A stretch of 63,668 nucleotides of DNA, the filler included, from Pelomyxa schiedti (taxonomy: Eukaryota > Protista > Evosea), in assembly GCA_020536535.1 (NCBI GenBank). It is 7 parts of 7 records of this genome, joined end to end, with 100 filler letters (N's around TTAATTAATTAA, not from the genome) between each part and the next. Parts side by side here need not be neighbours in the genome. Positions count along the whole stretch, not along the records: positions 34,189 to 57,189 come from JAHLWZ010001063.1; 6 more parts are not named here. One strand, 5' to 3'. This document shows, in pieces, positions 38,344 through 52,364 of this stretch. The translations under genes and the position numbers were made by a program. Position 1 is the stretch's first letter. Each line of letters begins with the position of its first letter. A model generated the notes under the pieces. That model did no database searches. It had not been told where the DNA came from and worked only from the letters and a program-made list of their open reading frames with translations.

Positions 38344-41300
38344 TCAGTGGTGATTTGTGGAGGGGATGCTTGTTGGTGCTACGTAGAGGGCTATTGTTGT
38401 CCAGCAGTGCAAAATGTGAGTCACTCTGATGGACTGAGGGAAAGCTGTGAAGCCCGCGCCGAGGTGCCCGGTGCTGGTCTGCTTCTCTTCCTCAATGTAG
38501 GTGGTGATCCACTGTTTGTTGGTCAGAAATGTTAAATGACACGTGCTATTCTTATATGAACGTGTTGTGGGAAAGGACTATATACCTCCTTAAGGGCAGA
38601 ATTCGTTGGTGTCTCGTACTCGCCTCCAACTTCAAACTTGAAAAGGGCCAGTTCTCGCAGTTCGGTCAGAATCGATATGAGGTCGACACAGGAACCGTGC
38701 ATGAAAGTGTTCAGATCTAACTGCACTCCCTTACTCATTTGTTCCCTGTAGGCTGGGGAAACATGTGGGAATGCAATCCGGGATAATTCAGAATGCGGGG
38801 CTGTGGAACATGCGTTGATCACAGAGAAGGTGGAGGCGAGATCAACCAAACCCCAGAGGGACGACAGGTGGTGGAATGTCAATTGGCGTCCATCACAGAG
38901 ACGTACAAGTGGGTCTTCTGTTGGAACCTTGAGGGTTTCTACAAAATAGCTACTGAGCAGAGTGCTATCTGGAGTTGTAGTTGCTGGGGAAATTGTTGAT
39001 CCTGTGACTCGCAAAAAGCACAAAGCTGTTTCTATAGCCTTGAGGGATGACGGAATAGTGCAGTACGTGAAGAGTGAGTTTAATATACTACCGCCAATAT
39101 GAGTTCCGATTCTTTCCTGTGGTTTTATTGTTTCTCGTATAGTTTGGACAGCTTTGATCACGCCTTGCTGATATGTGTTCCTACCATACGGAGATGAATG
39201 TGTTCCTAACTGACCGCAAAGAGGTCTTTTTCCAGCTTCAATTGAATTGGAGAGACATCGTTCAGCACAGTCCAAATCCCACGTTACTTGATCCCCCTCT
39301 CCATAATTCATTCCAATATCACTACATTTGAATACCAGATCTCGTAGTGTTGAAAACTTGAAGGAAACAATATGGTATTCAGTGACTAGCTCAAGTGGCA
39401 CAGGGGAATGTGGAATAGGGGTATGTCTTTGCGGAGATCTGCTCATCACACCTATAAATTCATTTTGGAGTCCCACCATAGCTAATATGAGCGCAGTACA
39501 AGCAACACCACGTTCGCATAGTGCTGGTGCGAATCGGTCAACTGAGGCAGTGTCAGAAAGGTAATCTGGATTCCACTCATTTTTTATGCTTGAGGATACA
39601 CTTTGGAGGAAAGAAGCTGGAAGGTAATGTGGGAAAAAAGCATACATAGCCTGGAATGCACGGTACACATTACGAATATGCTTCCGAGTGGGTATATTGT
39701 GCGTTTGCGCTAAATCAGAAATTGTAGTGGAAGGGTTTCGCTTCCAGCTTGCATGCAAGGACTCCACTTGTTTACGAACTTTCAGCACAGAGGGTAAATA
39801 TCTCAATACAAGAAGTTGTCTGTATTTAGTGCACATGTAAATTAGGCCAGAGTGGGTTGTATGACCAGTAGAAGTAAGTTGCTGAACATGGTTACACAGT
39901 GCCTCAAAGCTAGGAGTGGCACGATATCGCCAAAGGGAAAGTGGTTGAACAGATAAAAACTTCCCATTCTCATCAGTTATTTGCAGGGATGTCGAAGTCT
40001 CTTGAAGGGCGCAGCTCAGAGGCGACTGAGTAGCACTGGATTTGGAGATAAGTAATGTGGCTGCACGCAAGGAATTCGTCGGGTTCTCCAATTCTGGTGA
40101 AATGCACGTCTGGATAACAAAGTCTTCCCACGTGTCTCTCCCCTTGGCCGTTTTCCATTCAAATTCACTGGCGACATTGGCGATCATAGACAATCTTTTT
40201 AGAACCAAGTGCAGCAGGAGGATTATGTCTTCAGGTGAAATTCCCAAAGTCCTTACTGCAAGAGAAATCAAGTTCTCTAACACACCACATAGCTTCGAAC
40301 TTGAACTAATCAGAGTGTACCCAGAAAGTTGCGCGGCAAGCAGTGTGGCTATAATCAAAATCCGGAGAAGGGTGAGTTGGAGCTGACTGTGACCTCGTGT
40401 AACAGGAACTTGACTGTCAGGGTCAAACCTTGAGGGGGAAAGGTTAGTATCAAAGTACCATGGCTATTACGCACCCTCGTGCCGAGGTGTCAACGAAATT
40501 GTGAACCGCCTTCATGTTTGGTACGGGTGTGTGATTACTTCCTCCCACTAGCTGGCCACAGGTACACTTAGCTGTAGCCATAGGTTTACCACATTCTCCA
40601 ACAATCACATAGGCACCGCAACTGTTACACCTGAATACACCATGGGTTCCCATTGCAGTTGCCATTACTGATGCATACGCTTCATCGTGGGGCATTGTGG
40701 GGATATATAGATTGACTGTGACATGTGGAGTGGAAAAGAGAACAGAAAGGGGGGCAATAAGAGAAGATGTTGGCTTGGACACAACAGCTCCAACGTGAAG
40801 TACAAGCATAAGAATCGAAGAGTGAATCTTGGTTGCACTGGGCGGGAAGAGGGGGGGAGTTGGTGTAAAGCATCTTGTACAAAGTCGAATAGCAAAGTTC
40901 TTGACCAGAGGAGGATAGTTAGAAGACTCTATACACCTCACTAATCTGTTACTATTTTGGTGTTCATCACTGAAAAGAGATAAAATGGTGGGTGTGTCTC
41001 TCAAATCCGGAGGTGTCAGGGTCAGACTTTGGAGACCGCGTACTAGTCTGGAATAGTTCTCTCCATAAACTGAGAACACCTTGGTGGGTGCAGAGAAAAG
41101 GTAGTGTGAGTCACATTCGATCATCTGTTTCATCCAGGGAAATCTCTGTTGATGCTGAGAAGCAGCAGCAAGTAGAGCATCTTTGCCAAATTTCCGTACT
41201 ATTACTTTCATTAGGAAAAGCTTTCTGTATATATTATCAACGTCGGAGTGCATTACACAATATCGTGCAGTGTAGTCAAGCAGCCGAACTTGGGGTTCTG

Positions 41301-44300
41301 ACAAGCTGCTTGGGTTCGCCATGGCCATTTCCCCAGAAATTTGGAGGATAAGCCTCTCAACTGCCACGGTGAAGACTGTCACTTGGCTGCTGTAAAAATG
41401 CTGTATGACAAGCAAACTTTGTTTGCACATGCTTTCAACTTTCTGCTTTTGCACCAGGCAAAACAATGCATTTTGTATCACTGAGCTATAATCAACATTA
41501 CTGAGTAATGTAGTAATTTGTGAGTGAATTGCCCAATTCTTATTATTTGACACTTGAACTAGAAAATAAAGAAGCTCACTACAAAAGCCTACAGTGTTCT
41601 GGTTAGTTACCAGAGTGTTAATCAACTCGACAAGTGCGAGTAGAATGGCTTGGTCATTTTCCAAAAGGAAGTGGTCATGAAGAAGTGTGTTCACTATATC
41701 AATGACTACGGCACCACCTGTACGATAAAATTTGTCCCTCTCATTTTTTTCCGGCTTCAGCTCGGCGAGGTGATGAATGTGAGCACCGAGTGCAGAGATT
41801 ATCTTCCTGCAAATTGAATCTTGTTGTTTCAGGATACTACAAATAGTTTCTATAAAGACAGTATCCTTGTTCTGAAAGTGAAACCAGTAAATCGCAGAGA
41901 CTTCTGAACTTAGCCAGTAGTTGTGGCACTTATCCCTTGTTTCTGATGAATTTGCTAAGAGGACATCAAGAACCAGAGGCCGGATTCTCTGAGTAACAAA
42001 ATAACGACTTGTTTCAGCAAAGTTCTTTGACGCGATTGCCTTGAGCATCACTCTTAAAAGTTCCCCCTTTGAAAATTCACAAGGCAGCTGTGCTATTGTC
42101 TGTGGTTCCACCTCTGTAATTACATGCAAAATCGTGAATTCTGCTCTCAGTAAATGTAAGGTCTTGTGGACTACAATAAACATATGGGGTAAGGTATCAG
42201 CATCAGTTGCTTCATGAGTCAGGGCATCACGCAGAAGTATTAACCCCCAATCAAATTCCGCTCTTGTTATTTCTGCTGTCTGAGAGATGCCTACAATGTA
42301 CCTATACATAAAATGAAGGCTGTCTTTAATATAAGCTTGGCGCAATGCAAAAGCAGATTCGGAAAACTTTTCAGTGAGCAAGGCAGAGTTACGGAGACAC
42401 AATTCAAACTGGGTTTGAAGAGTTTGCTCAACGCAGTTTGGGCTAGTTTGTTCAGAAACTTCCCATAGCTGCTCTAGTAAAGTACATATAGCCCAACTGA
42501 ATGGGAACTCACCAGAATGGCTGGATACAAGACTTGGGTCCAACGTACTTGCTAGTGGTAATAGACACTTACCAAGTTCTATCCATAGCTGCTTTATACA
42601 CGAAGTGCCTTCATCATAGAGGAACAGCCCAGAGGATTCACGAAGAAACTCTACAATTGGAGCGCAGACCTCTTCACATTGTGTGATGGCACACTGTTGC
42701 GAAGCACTTAGTAAGGTAACGTGGCGTGAGACTAGTGCTATGTCTCCAGCAACAGAGTCTAGCCAGGTCCTTGGCAAGGAGGTGTTTTTGCTCTCCCATT
42801 CTTTCAGGTACTTTTTAACGAGAGAAAGAAAGAACTCAATAAAGCCTTTATCAGCTGTGAGTAATTTGGTAAGGACGTTCATCTCCTGAGGAGGGTCAAG
42901 AGCAATTTTTTTTTGTGAGATACGGGCATACACTCCTGCAACACATGACACGGTAACCACACCCCATAAGGCATGTTTTTCCATGATGTTAAAAAGACTG
43001 GGTTCTTCAAAGCTCACACAGGGCTGTGGGAAGAAAAATTGTTCCGGAAATAAGGTATCGATGTGAACTTGCATCCAACCCCTTCTCACAAGTGATGTTT
43101 GTCCTTCAAGAGGGGCTCTGGGGTAGTGAACCACAATGTAAAATTTCTTGCCAGAAGCAGAAGAGGTGCCATTTTCGATAAGATGTTGCACCTGTAAGAC
43201 CATGTCTACGGATACAAAAGGAAAGTTGGCCACGAAAATGCCAATACCATCACAAGAAAGGATTGACTGTATTGAAGCTGCAACTTCAGACGAGGTTTTG
43301 AATTCCTCAACAAGATGTACATGTGCGTTAGTAACATTTTTCTGAAACAATTGCACAGGAAATGCTTCTGAGTGTGTTGTGATGACGAGAAGGTTGTTTT
43401 TTCTGTCAGTGAAAGATGGAGTCACAACTAGATCGTAAAAGCTATGAAGGTATTGACAATTGAAGTACCAAATGATCCACTCTTTATTGCCACTTTGTAA
43501 TACACTCTCTGGAGACATCATTTGAAGAAGTAATTTAGTCACATAATTTATATCTTTGTGATCTAAAGTGCCAATTAACGCCTTCAAGTGAGCAAGAGTC
43601 CTGAATCCCACTACAAGGTGTCCTTGACTATTCATAACATCTAGGAGATAGCGCAGCTTATCCACAATCTTATGTTGCTCCTCTGAAAGCATTGTCTCTA
43701 CTGAAAGGTAATGCTTTTCAAGCCTGTTGACCAGTGGGACTGGGAAGTCCTGTAGTACACTGGACCGCTCTGCTGCAATCACAACACGGAATTCCGGATC
43801 TACACGGCATTGCACACGTTCATTTCCCAACCCCAGCTCAGTGAATCTGTGTCCTGCCCATTGAATCCAGTATTGGTTGAGAAGATCATATAAACTTTCA
43901 TATATGTGCATGGATCTCACAAGAACCACCGTTCTACCAACTTCCATGCACGTTTTTATCCTACTAATATCTTGACATACCTGAGCATATTCCTGGTCTT
44001 TGGGGAAGCAACTTCCATAAATAACCTCGCAATTACTCCTTACAAGTATATCCTTTTCAAAGAGAATATCAAGGCAAGAGAGAGATGCATCACTCATCAA
44101 CAACAGAAATCGACTGTCACCCTGTAAGCACTGTACAATACAGTCCAGAGTACGTTTAGCATTCAGTGGCAAGCTTCCACCGTCACAGCTACTTGGAAAG
44201 GGTGTAGCAGGGACTTGAAGAGATAATTCTTCATAGAAGATATTGAGGATTAATGAAGTGCTTTCTGTTGCAGAAAAAGACCGCCTGACCAATAAATCAA

Positions 44301-47300
44301 TTTCTTCTTGAGGCAATGCCTGTGAATCGGGATGTCTATGCAACCAACTGCACATCATTTTTAGAAGAGAGTAGTAGTCTCGCAATCCAAAGAAGTCAGA
44401 TCTGTATTCAGATGTGTTGGGCTAAACAGTGATGAGTGTAGATCATTACTTTCAGGCAAATACCTGCATCTTGTTGTAGACTTTCAAATATGCTCTAGCC
44501 ACAGGTACAATTACCTCACCCATTCGTTGCCCAACAGATGGACTGAAGGCGGAACAAATTCGTCTTGCAGTAAGTATTAATTCATCAATATCTGGAACAC
44601 GCACGGTGTGCCATAGTGCTCTGTTCATTTTAGCAGGATCTAATGCCCAGTTACTGATTCCTACTACGGACACTGATTTGTACTTCTCGCTGTCAAGGAG
44701 CATATGCAACACTTTCAGGGGAAGATGAGTACTGTCCTCAGCCAAGCCCACTTCATCCAAGAACACCACATACTTAGTGTTCATAATATTATCATCCCCC
44801 TGCAGATGAATTGCTTTTGCAAACGTTTCCACAAGCCGCTCTGATGTTGTTTGAGGGGAACACTGAAAGGAAATCACTCGAATATCTGGGAATGGTGTAA
44901 AAAACGGGCTGGGTGAAAATTTTCCATTCAGGTTTGCCTTGAGCACTGCTTTTGCTAGTGACTTCGATGTACCGGGTTTTCCAACAATGAACAATGGTAA
45001 ACGAAGTTCAATTGCCACCACCATCATAAAGAAATTTTCTATGAGTGCAGTATTCCTAGCTATGCCAGGGCTCAGTTCAAGGGAAGAGGAAAACAAGTCG
45101 AGCATAAGTTTGATCTCCCTTGTGTAATGCCCAATTTGTATTTTCAGGGCCTTACAAACAATGCTGCGGAACACGTCACTGTTGTCAAGTCTCGTTTCAT
45201 ACGCAACAAACAGTGCAAGAATGGAAGCACGGATAAAGTTGGAAACTGGTTCGTAGCGTTGCATTTCACAAAGAGATGCCAATCGGTTTGACAGATTTGG
45301 ACATCTGTCACTTTCGAATCTCATGAAATACCAGAAAACCTGTGTGGCACGATGCACATCTCTGAGGCTCACGAATCCAAGGTCGTCGTTCCGACCTCTC
45401 ATTGCCTGCTGCGCGGCAGAAAAAACATTGGCAAGACAGGCAGCATTTTCTGTAGTAAATCTGTATTTCCTACAATCCATATTTTCTGCACTTTTGGTGA
45501 TAATGCACTTGATGTAAGAACTCTCACTGTTCAGATCCAGAGAACCAAAGTCCCATACCAGTTCCAACATTTGGGGAGGTAATGGATTTACTCTATATAT
45601 AAGGTGCCGGACAGGAATATTGCAGATGGTCGTACAATTTCGCGAACTGAATCCAAGGCCATTGGATTCCATGCGCATGATTTGTTCTGGTGATCTTACA
45701 AGATATGGATTACATGCACCAATAAGACGCATATTGCTGGGTATCCTTTTTGTGGAGTCGATGAAACCATCTAAAAATAACGTTTTAAGGAAGTCCATGG
45801 CACTACAGGCATTCATTTCATCGATAAACTGATTTTTCATGTGAGTGTCGTTAAAAAGTGAGAGCTATACCAAAATCCTGGTTGTAGTTTCATCTTGTTC
45901 CGCCAGTTCAACAATTTCCAAGAGTCTCTTCCTTATCATATCCTCATCAACCCCACCATGTGCTGTCATTGTGTGCAATATTGCAAAGGGCATTATCGAT
46001 GACATGAAGGTGACCAAAGCTGTCTTACCACATCCAGTGTGTCCTGAAATGATCACCGGGATGCCAGATTCAAGCCGGAGTTTAATGGCAATAATTTTCC
46101 TCATGTTATCAGTTGTAAGTTCATAACAAGGATCCGGGTCATATGCCTCCTCCTCTAAAAGGCAAATGCCAAATGAAACGAATAAGATATGTAGCCGCTG
46201 TCTTCTTGTTAATGATTCATAGTTAGCATTAAAGTTCACCCCATTATGTGTAAGGATGGGTATTAAGTTAGGGTCAATAAGTTGCCCTTGCATTTCAGGG
46301 CTAAGACCAAGTCCAGGCTGCGTAATTGCACACCCGTTTCTATCAAGATTGAAACCGAAAAAGCGCAGCGAAGATTCAGAGAAGAAAATTGTTGGATGTT
46401 CGCTGTCATGCCACTTTTTACAGGGATTGAACCTGGTGATGTCATCACTCTTGAGCAATGCCTCAGTTTGACGTCGGCATGCAAAATCTCGTGATGTAGT
46501 GATAAGAAATTTCACAACAAATTTGGCAAATCCATGCCACTCTGTTATGACATCATCACAAAAAGGGCTGTTATCTATTGGTTGAGATTGAGTTGACAAG
46601 AATTTCCAGAAGAAGTCCAGGGCTCTCCATGAGGGGTTTGTAATACCACAATTCTCTAGCAGAATGGATACGCATTGATTTGGAGGCATTCTATCAGCTT
46701 GACTGGCCCAAACGTTTCTGCAATTTGGACCTTGGTGGCAATACAATAGTTTGCAGACACGTTGAAAAGCCGGTATACCCCATATCTCAGTATCTAAGCC
46801 ACTGCAGTCTGTGGGACTTGGAGCAGGTAGAGGACTCATCTTGGGAAGTAGTCCAAAGAAATAGTTGCCACTATTGCTTTCAAGAATGGCTGACAATGGG
46901 TAAGTGACTTCAATATAGACCTGCGCCATGGAAGGGATGTGACGGAGTGTGCCCCGCGGGCCACATATTTGTTTAAGTATCAATAGATTAAACAGAAAAC
47001 TGCCCAGAGGTCCCTGTGCAAAAAACCCAAGGTCGAGGTGGATATGCTCAGAGAGTGGGTGGTGTGGTAAGTGGGAGAAAACAGTAACTGAATTGGCGTT
47101 GTAAATTGGAATGTAGGAATAAGCACCTTTTCTCACTCTTCTTTGTATAGTTAGTGTCTTGCCACAGCCAGAAGGGCCTGCCACCACTACAGCAGAAAAA
47201 GAAGGAGTTGCAGTGCTTGGGTGTGTTATTCTTGGAAAGAAGAAGTCACGCAATTGCTCCACTGAAACTTCCGGAAGCTTTTTTATATTTCCAGAGAGAG

Positions 47301-50300
47301 CTGTGAAGGATGCGCACCTTTCATCCCCTATGATGACAAGGTTGACTGCAATAGAGCTGCATTGTTTAATGTACTTCATAATTTTGCTTTGCATTACCAC
47401 AGATAATTTTCCTATGTCACATAGACAGAATTGCATATATCTTTCTCTTCCTGGAAAATATGCTCGTTTAAGCAGAAGGGTTACATCTTCATCGGATGTT
47501 TCCTCAGTACAAAGCAGAAAAGTCTCTGCCGTTGGGGCTTGTTTTGCAACATAATAAACTGTCAAGGCAGTGTGAAAAATTGAACCCGTGAATGTGTGAA
47601 ATGCGAGGCAAGGAGGGGAAGATATCAAATTGGGGATAGATTGTGGTTTGAGGGCACAGAATAATCTCCATAGGCGCTCATATCTTTCAGTTGCCGATAT
47701 ATTGCTTAAAGTGTACTGTATTCTTTCAGAAGTGAGACTGTTAGATATCCTCTTGAGCAACTCGAATTCTTCAAAGTCCAAGTGGGTGAAATCACACACA
47801 TCGTGTATATTCACCAGTTGTACTGTGGTAAACAAGTTCAATTCATAAAATTCTGATCGGAAAGCTTTAACAAGTTGGCGCCATTTTTTCAATTCCATCT
47901 CACAGTTTATAATGTATTCTTGTAGTTTCCTTGCCCAAACTAGAACTCCGTCACCAAGTTCCACAGGCTTCTGTGGTTTCCCAGAAGAAAACATTGACCT
48001 ATGAAGATCTTGCAATTGATGAATCTTGCCTATGCACTCAGCAAATAAAGTTGATGACAGTTCCTCCTGTTGGGGTATCAGTAACAAAACTGCTTGCATG
48101 TCGTGCAAATCTTGCAAGCTCCAGAAATGTTCAGCATCGCAGTAGGCCCGCACTTGGTCATGTGATATCAACAGATGCCCTAGGTTCCAGAGACGCCGCA
48201 TTGCAGTTACAGTTCTCGCTCCTCGATCACCCATATTTTGTTGAAGCAGAGATTGTAACCAATCCACAGATTTAGAAAGCTCTATTATTTCTTTGGCAGT
48301 TGCTGAAGCATTCGGAATTCCCAGTAATGAGTGCAGTGCATTCAGTATGGGTGTGGCGTTCCTTCTAGCTTTCAGCAGTACCTCCAGATCTGTATTAACT
48401 TTCGCTAATGTTTTAATTTTGTCTTGGTCTTTGGTGTTTTCGGCTGCTATAGAAGCCAAGGCTATGTCATAGAAACTTCGAAATTCATTGAAAACACCAG
48501 GACTCGTCAAGAAGCCAAACAACTCACGCCCAGAGGAACTGGATAAATGGTGTAGTATTCGCAAATGTGACTCAGAGATTTGAGAAAGAGTGGCCATCAG
48601 AGATGTAACTTGGCTTGTAATAACCGAGAGAGGCAAGTTGCTTGTTTCACATTTGGCAATTTGTCCCATAAATGCCCAAGTTTCATCAGACACAAAACGC
48701 AAAGAAAGGCATTCTTGTAGGATACAGGTTGAATTGACAACAGCAGCAACCTTCACGATATTGCAACTGGCCACAACTTGGCTCTTAATGTCTTCTAGAG
48801 ATATGGAAACATGGGCTTCTTGTCTCATAGCGGCCAGTTCTAAGTCAAGTGTACTATCTGCTGCGTCACTGAAAAATTTGGCCACATTACTCACAGAAGC
48901 AGTTCGGGAGAAAATAGCAGCAGAAAGGGCAGTATACTCTGTGTGCGCTGGCTTGCAAACCTTTAGTACAATGTGAGAAAGTACAGATTCTTCACTGTGT
49001 TCAGCAGGGTAGCTTGTAAGAGCTTTCAGAGTTTGGTACCACATTTTTCTAAAAACCAAGGAGGAAAAAAGAGTTTCGAAGCAAACAAGCTCCTCTTTAA
49101 TGAGACTTGGGAGAACAGTAATTTGTTCCATCTTCGTGAAGTTAAGGGGATCAAGGGGTGCCATACGGCTAAGACACCAGCTTAGTACATTGTATAGGGG
49201 GTGCTTGGGTTCAAATTGGTCCCCCACAGCTTTGTGCAATGCTTTTACAATATGTTGAACATCAACTGCCTGGCTATGAACTTTCTGGTATAACTCAAGC
49301 TGGGAGACTATATTACATGGTTTCCTTAGGGAAGAGATTGGAAGGAACCCAACAAGCTCGCTTAATTTGACTGGTGCATTCAAAATAACCTGCACTTCAT
49401 GCCACAGTAGGAGACCTTTCATAACTTTATCTACTGTCGTATTGACAAGTGCTATGCACTCTGATAAAATAAAATGCGCCTCGGTTGTAAGACTTCTTGC
49501 AGTATACAACTCGAGATACTGTGGTAAAGGCACACAGCCAAGTACCATTTCTATATTAGCATGACGGAGCTCAGCAATAATCATTTCAGAAAAAATGTTC
49601 TGGGATTCTGAAAGTGAAAATATCTCTTTCGCTGATGACAAGATTTTTTCGAAAAAAGAATGCCTTGTTTCCCTGGATAGAGTAGAGTTTTTTGCATACT
49701 GGTGGAGGCAACTTTTCAGGTATTTGTGTAAAATTGGTGAGTGAACACTGGAAAGCATTGGATAATTCTTTACCACCATTAAGCCATTTAACTAGGTACA
49801 CATTAGTTTTGATAAAAAACCTGCTGCTTACATGGTGCACGGATAATATAGACTCCACCAAAGAATTGCTAGATGGGGGATCTGCTGGAACCCTTCTGCC
49901 TTGGAGGACTGCTGCAAGTACACAAGGGTCACATAGGGGCCAGCAGGCAATTGTATCCAGAAAATTAAATGCAGCCATAACTTCGTTTACGGAATTTTCT
50001 TGAATGCAAATCTGCTGGTATGCGTGGGTGGACAGTAAAGCCACCTGAGAAATCACTTCCTGAAGGTTGTTATGTAAGCTGGAAGCTGCGTGCACTACAG
50101 AACTGTTGGACACGCAGAGATAGTAGTTCATAATGAAACGGACAGCCTGGTTGTATTTGTTGAGAGCTGTTATATTTTCCCTAGTTCCCACAGAGTATGA
50201 CAAGTATTTTGAGAGAAGCTCCAAAGGTTTTTGTGGGCATATAGGAATTTTACTGATTTCCAAGGGAGTCTTGGTCAAAAATAGAGCAGTGAGTTCATCT

Positions 50301-52054
50301 GCGTGGATCCAACTCTTGGAGTTAGCTTCAAGGATCTCCATCATGGCAAAACATGCAAAGTCAATACCAAACCCAAGAGATAGACTCAAAACTCTTTCCC
50401 ATGTTGGGGCATGAAGGGATGCGGTCCTAGATGACACCTCACATTCTGAAATTCGGGCGAAGTTCACATCGAAGTGTTCATGAGAAGAGTCCACAGAAGC
50501 ATATGTGGCACTTGAGTGGCATATTGGAATTCCAGGTATTCTGATCACTCCGTAGTACAAAATAGACTGTGTAGAATTTGCACTTGCAATGAAAGGTAAA
50601 GCCAATAGCCAGCTGAAAGTATGCGGGGCATATGCTGAAACACACAGAGAAATAGCACCTTCAATGAGTCTGGAAGATTGTCCCACAGCCGAAGGAACAT
50701 TGGCACATGCGATGGGAGTTGTTGGAAACTGGTCAAGAAAGTACTCTATGATAGGGGGTTTAAGTATCTTATATAACTTCAATTGCTGAACAAGTAAAAG
50801 AATCAGTATTAATTTATTCAGGTCGATTGGCTTCTGTGAATTTTTAAGTCCATCAAGCCACGATTGTACCACTGGCTCCATAAATATGTGCTCATTTTTT
50901 TGTGCAGATTTCTTTGTCCGGGGATTGTGTATTTTAATCTGTTCGATTTCTCGAAATACGGAAAGCAAGTCTGCAACAGCAGAGGGAGGATTCACCTGGG
51001 CTCCGATGTTGGTCTCAAAGCCACCGTTCCACCACCAGGTTAAATAGGCTTGCAAGGTGGGTGAGGCAATTTCTCTGCTGTAAGCAAAAACAACCAAATC
51101 ATCGTGTATGACAAAGGACTGGCCATTGCATAGTTGAGATTGCTTGAACGGGCGCACGAGACGGTTAGAATAATCATAAAGAAACTCATACTCGAGCCTC
51201 CCATCAGATTTGGCATATTTGTATTGAATAGAACCTTCAGAAAGCTGTACCAAAATGTTGTCATCTACTGAGACGTTATATAGAAAGGATGAAGTATAAC
51301 AGTACCAAGTGGAATATAGAATGTCACTGAGGCAATAACCTTAGCACTTCGCTTAGACCCACTGTGCAGCTCTCTAGCCATTAGATGACCCTGGCCCCAT
51401 CCACCAAAAAAATCGTGCCCCACACTACGTATTTTAGAGAGGAATTCCATTGAACAAGGAGGCATAGTACCAAATGACTGTATCAGCAGCAAACCGTCTA
51501 TCAACCACGGCACAAAACTTGAGAGTAAAAAAAGCCTTGTCTGGTGCCACAGTGCAACGCCCAGAAACCCCAATTCCAGTTCCAGTTTCCTTTGTGTTTT
51601 CAGGTCTCCCATCATACGCACTCACGGCGCCAACAGAAAGCACAGCAGAGACAGCACTCGAGGCCACGGTCGTGACAGCAGACCCGATTTCCTTTACGGC
51701 AGAAAACATCCCATCCAAAACTCCTGTTATAACACCCCCATTGCCACCAACAGTGCTGTCCGCTGTCGCTTGTGCCGTTGTGCCGGGCCCAAGATCTCCT
51801 TTGGTCGTAGATCCGGTGTCGTCGACCGGTGCCGTGTCGGAAGGCGTGGCATTTTTTGGATTTTGTGTAGGTTTTTGCTCGACGTCGGCGTCGCTCGTGG
51901 TATCGTGATTGGGGCACGGGAGTGATGAAACTGTAGACAAGGAGGAACACGCTTGTGGGCTGTGCGCTTCCTCTTCTGGCGGGGGTTGTTTTTGTGCGGC
52001 TGCAAGCTCTTGAGCTTCCTTAGGTAACTCCCCTCCGTGTGCCTCCTGGGCCAT
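38344..52054 (-). CDS. RNF213: RNF213/mysterin-like giant AAA+ ATPase-E3 ligase (~4,400 aa, ~7 short introns)
   Basis: Walker A GPSGCGKT, GHTGCGKT and GKPGTSKS; Walker B FIDEMN and FLDEVGLAE; GACNPY, GISNWALDPAKMNR, YESLYDLLNQ, FPVPLVNRLEKH, FPFSW; RZ finger VGECGKPM...GGSNH; C-terminal FPQSI...HCW. The ORF breaks are bridged by GT-AG introns. Confidence 0.92.
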
Positions 52055-52364
52055 TTCCTCTTTTGTGGCACAATAATTTTGTACCGCTCGCACAAACGGC
52101 CGAGTCGAGTTTCAAAGAGTTTGGGAAAGTTTCCCAAAAACCAAGTTCCTTGTGTTGTTGTTTCAAACAACACAGAGACAAATCGAGAAACAAGTTGGCA
52201 CCACAGCAGGGCCTCTTATCAGTGCCATCAAACAAGAAGAACATAGCAGAGAGTATATAATTCCTGAATAGCTATTTTTTTTTTTCTTATTTCGATAAAA
52301 GTCGAAGAAAAAAACAAAGAAAAAACCAACACAGAAAAAATTATTCCCAAGGGCACGAAACTTC

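Noticed and set aside
49586-49830. Apparent frameshift or overlap between RNF213 ORFs
   Set aside because: Explained by a 40-nt GTAAGC...CTAAT...TAG intron that restores the frame; the other breaks are also introns
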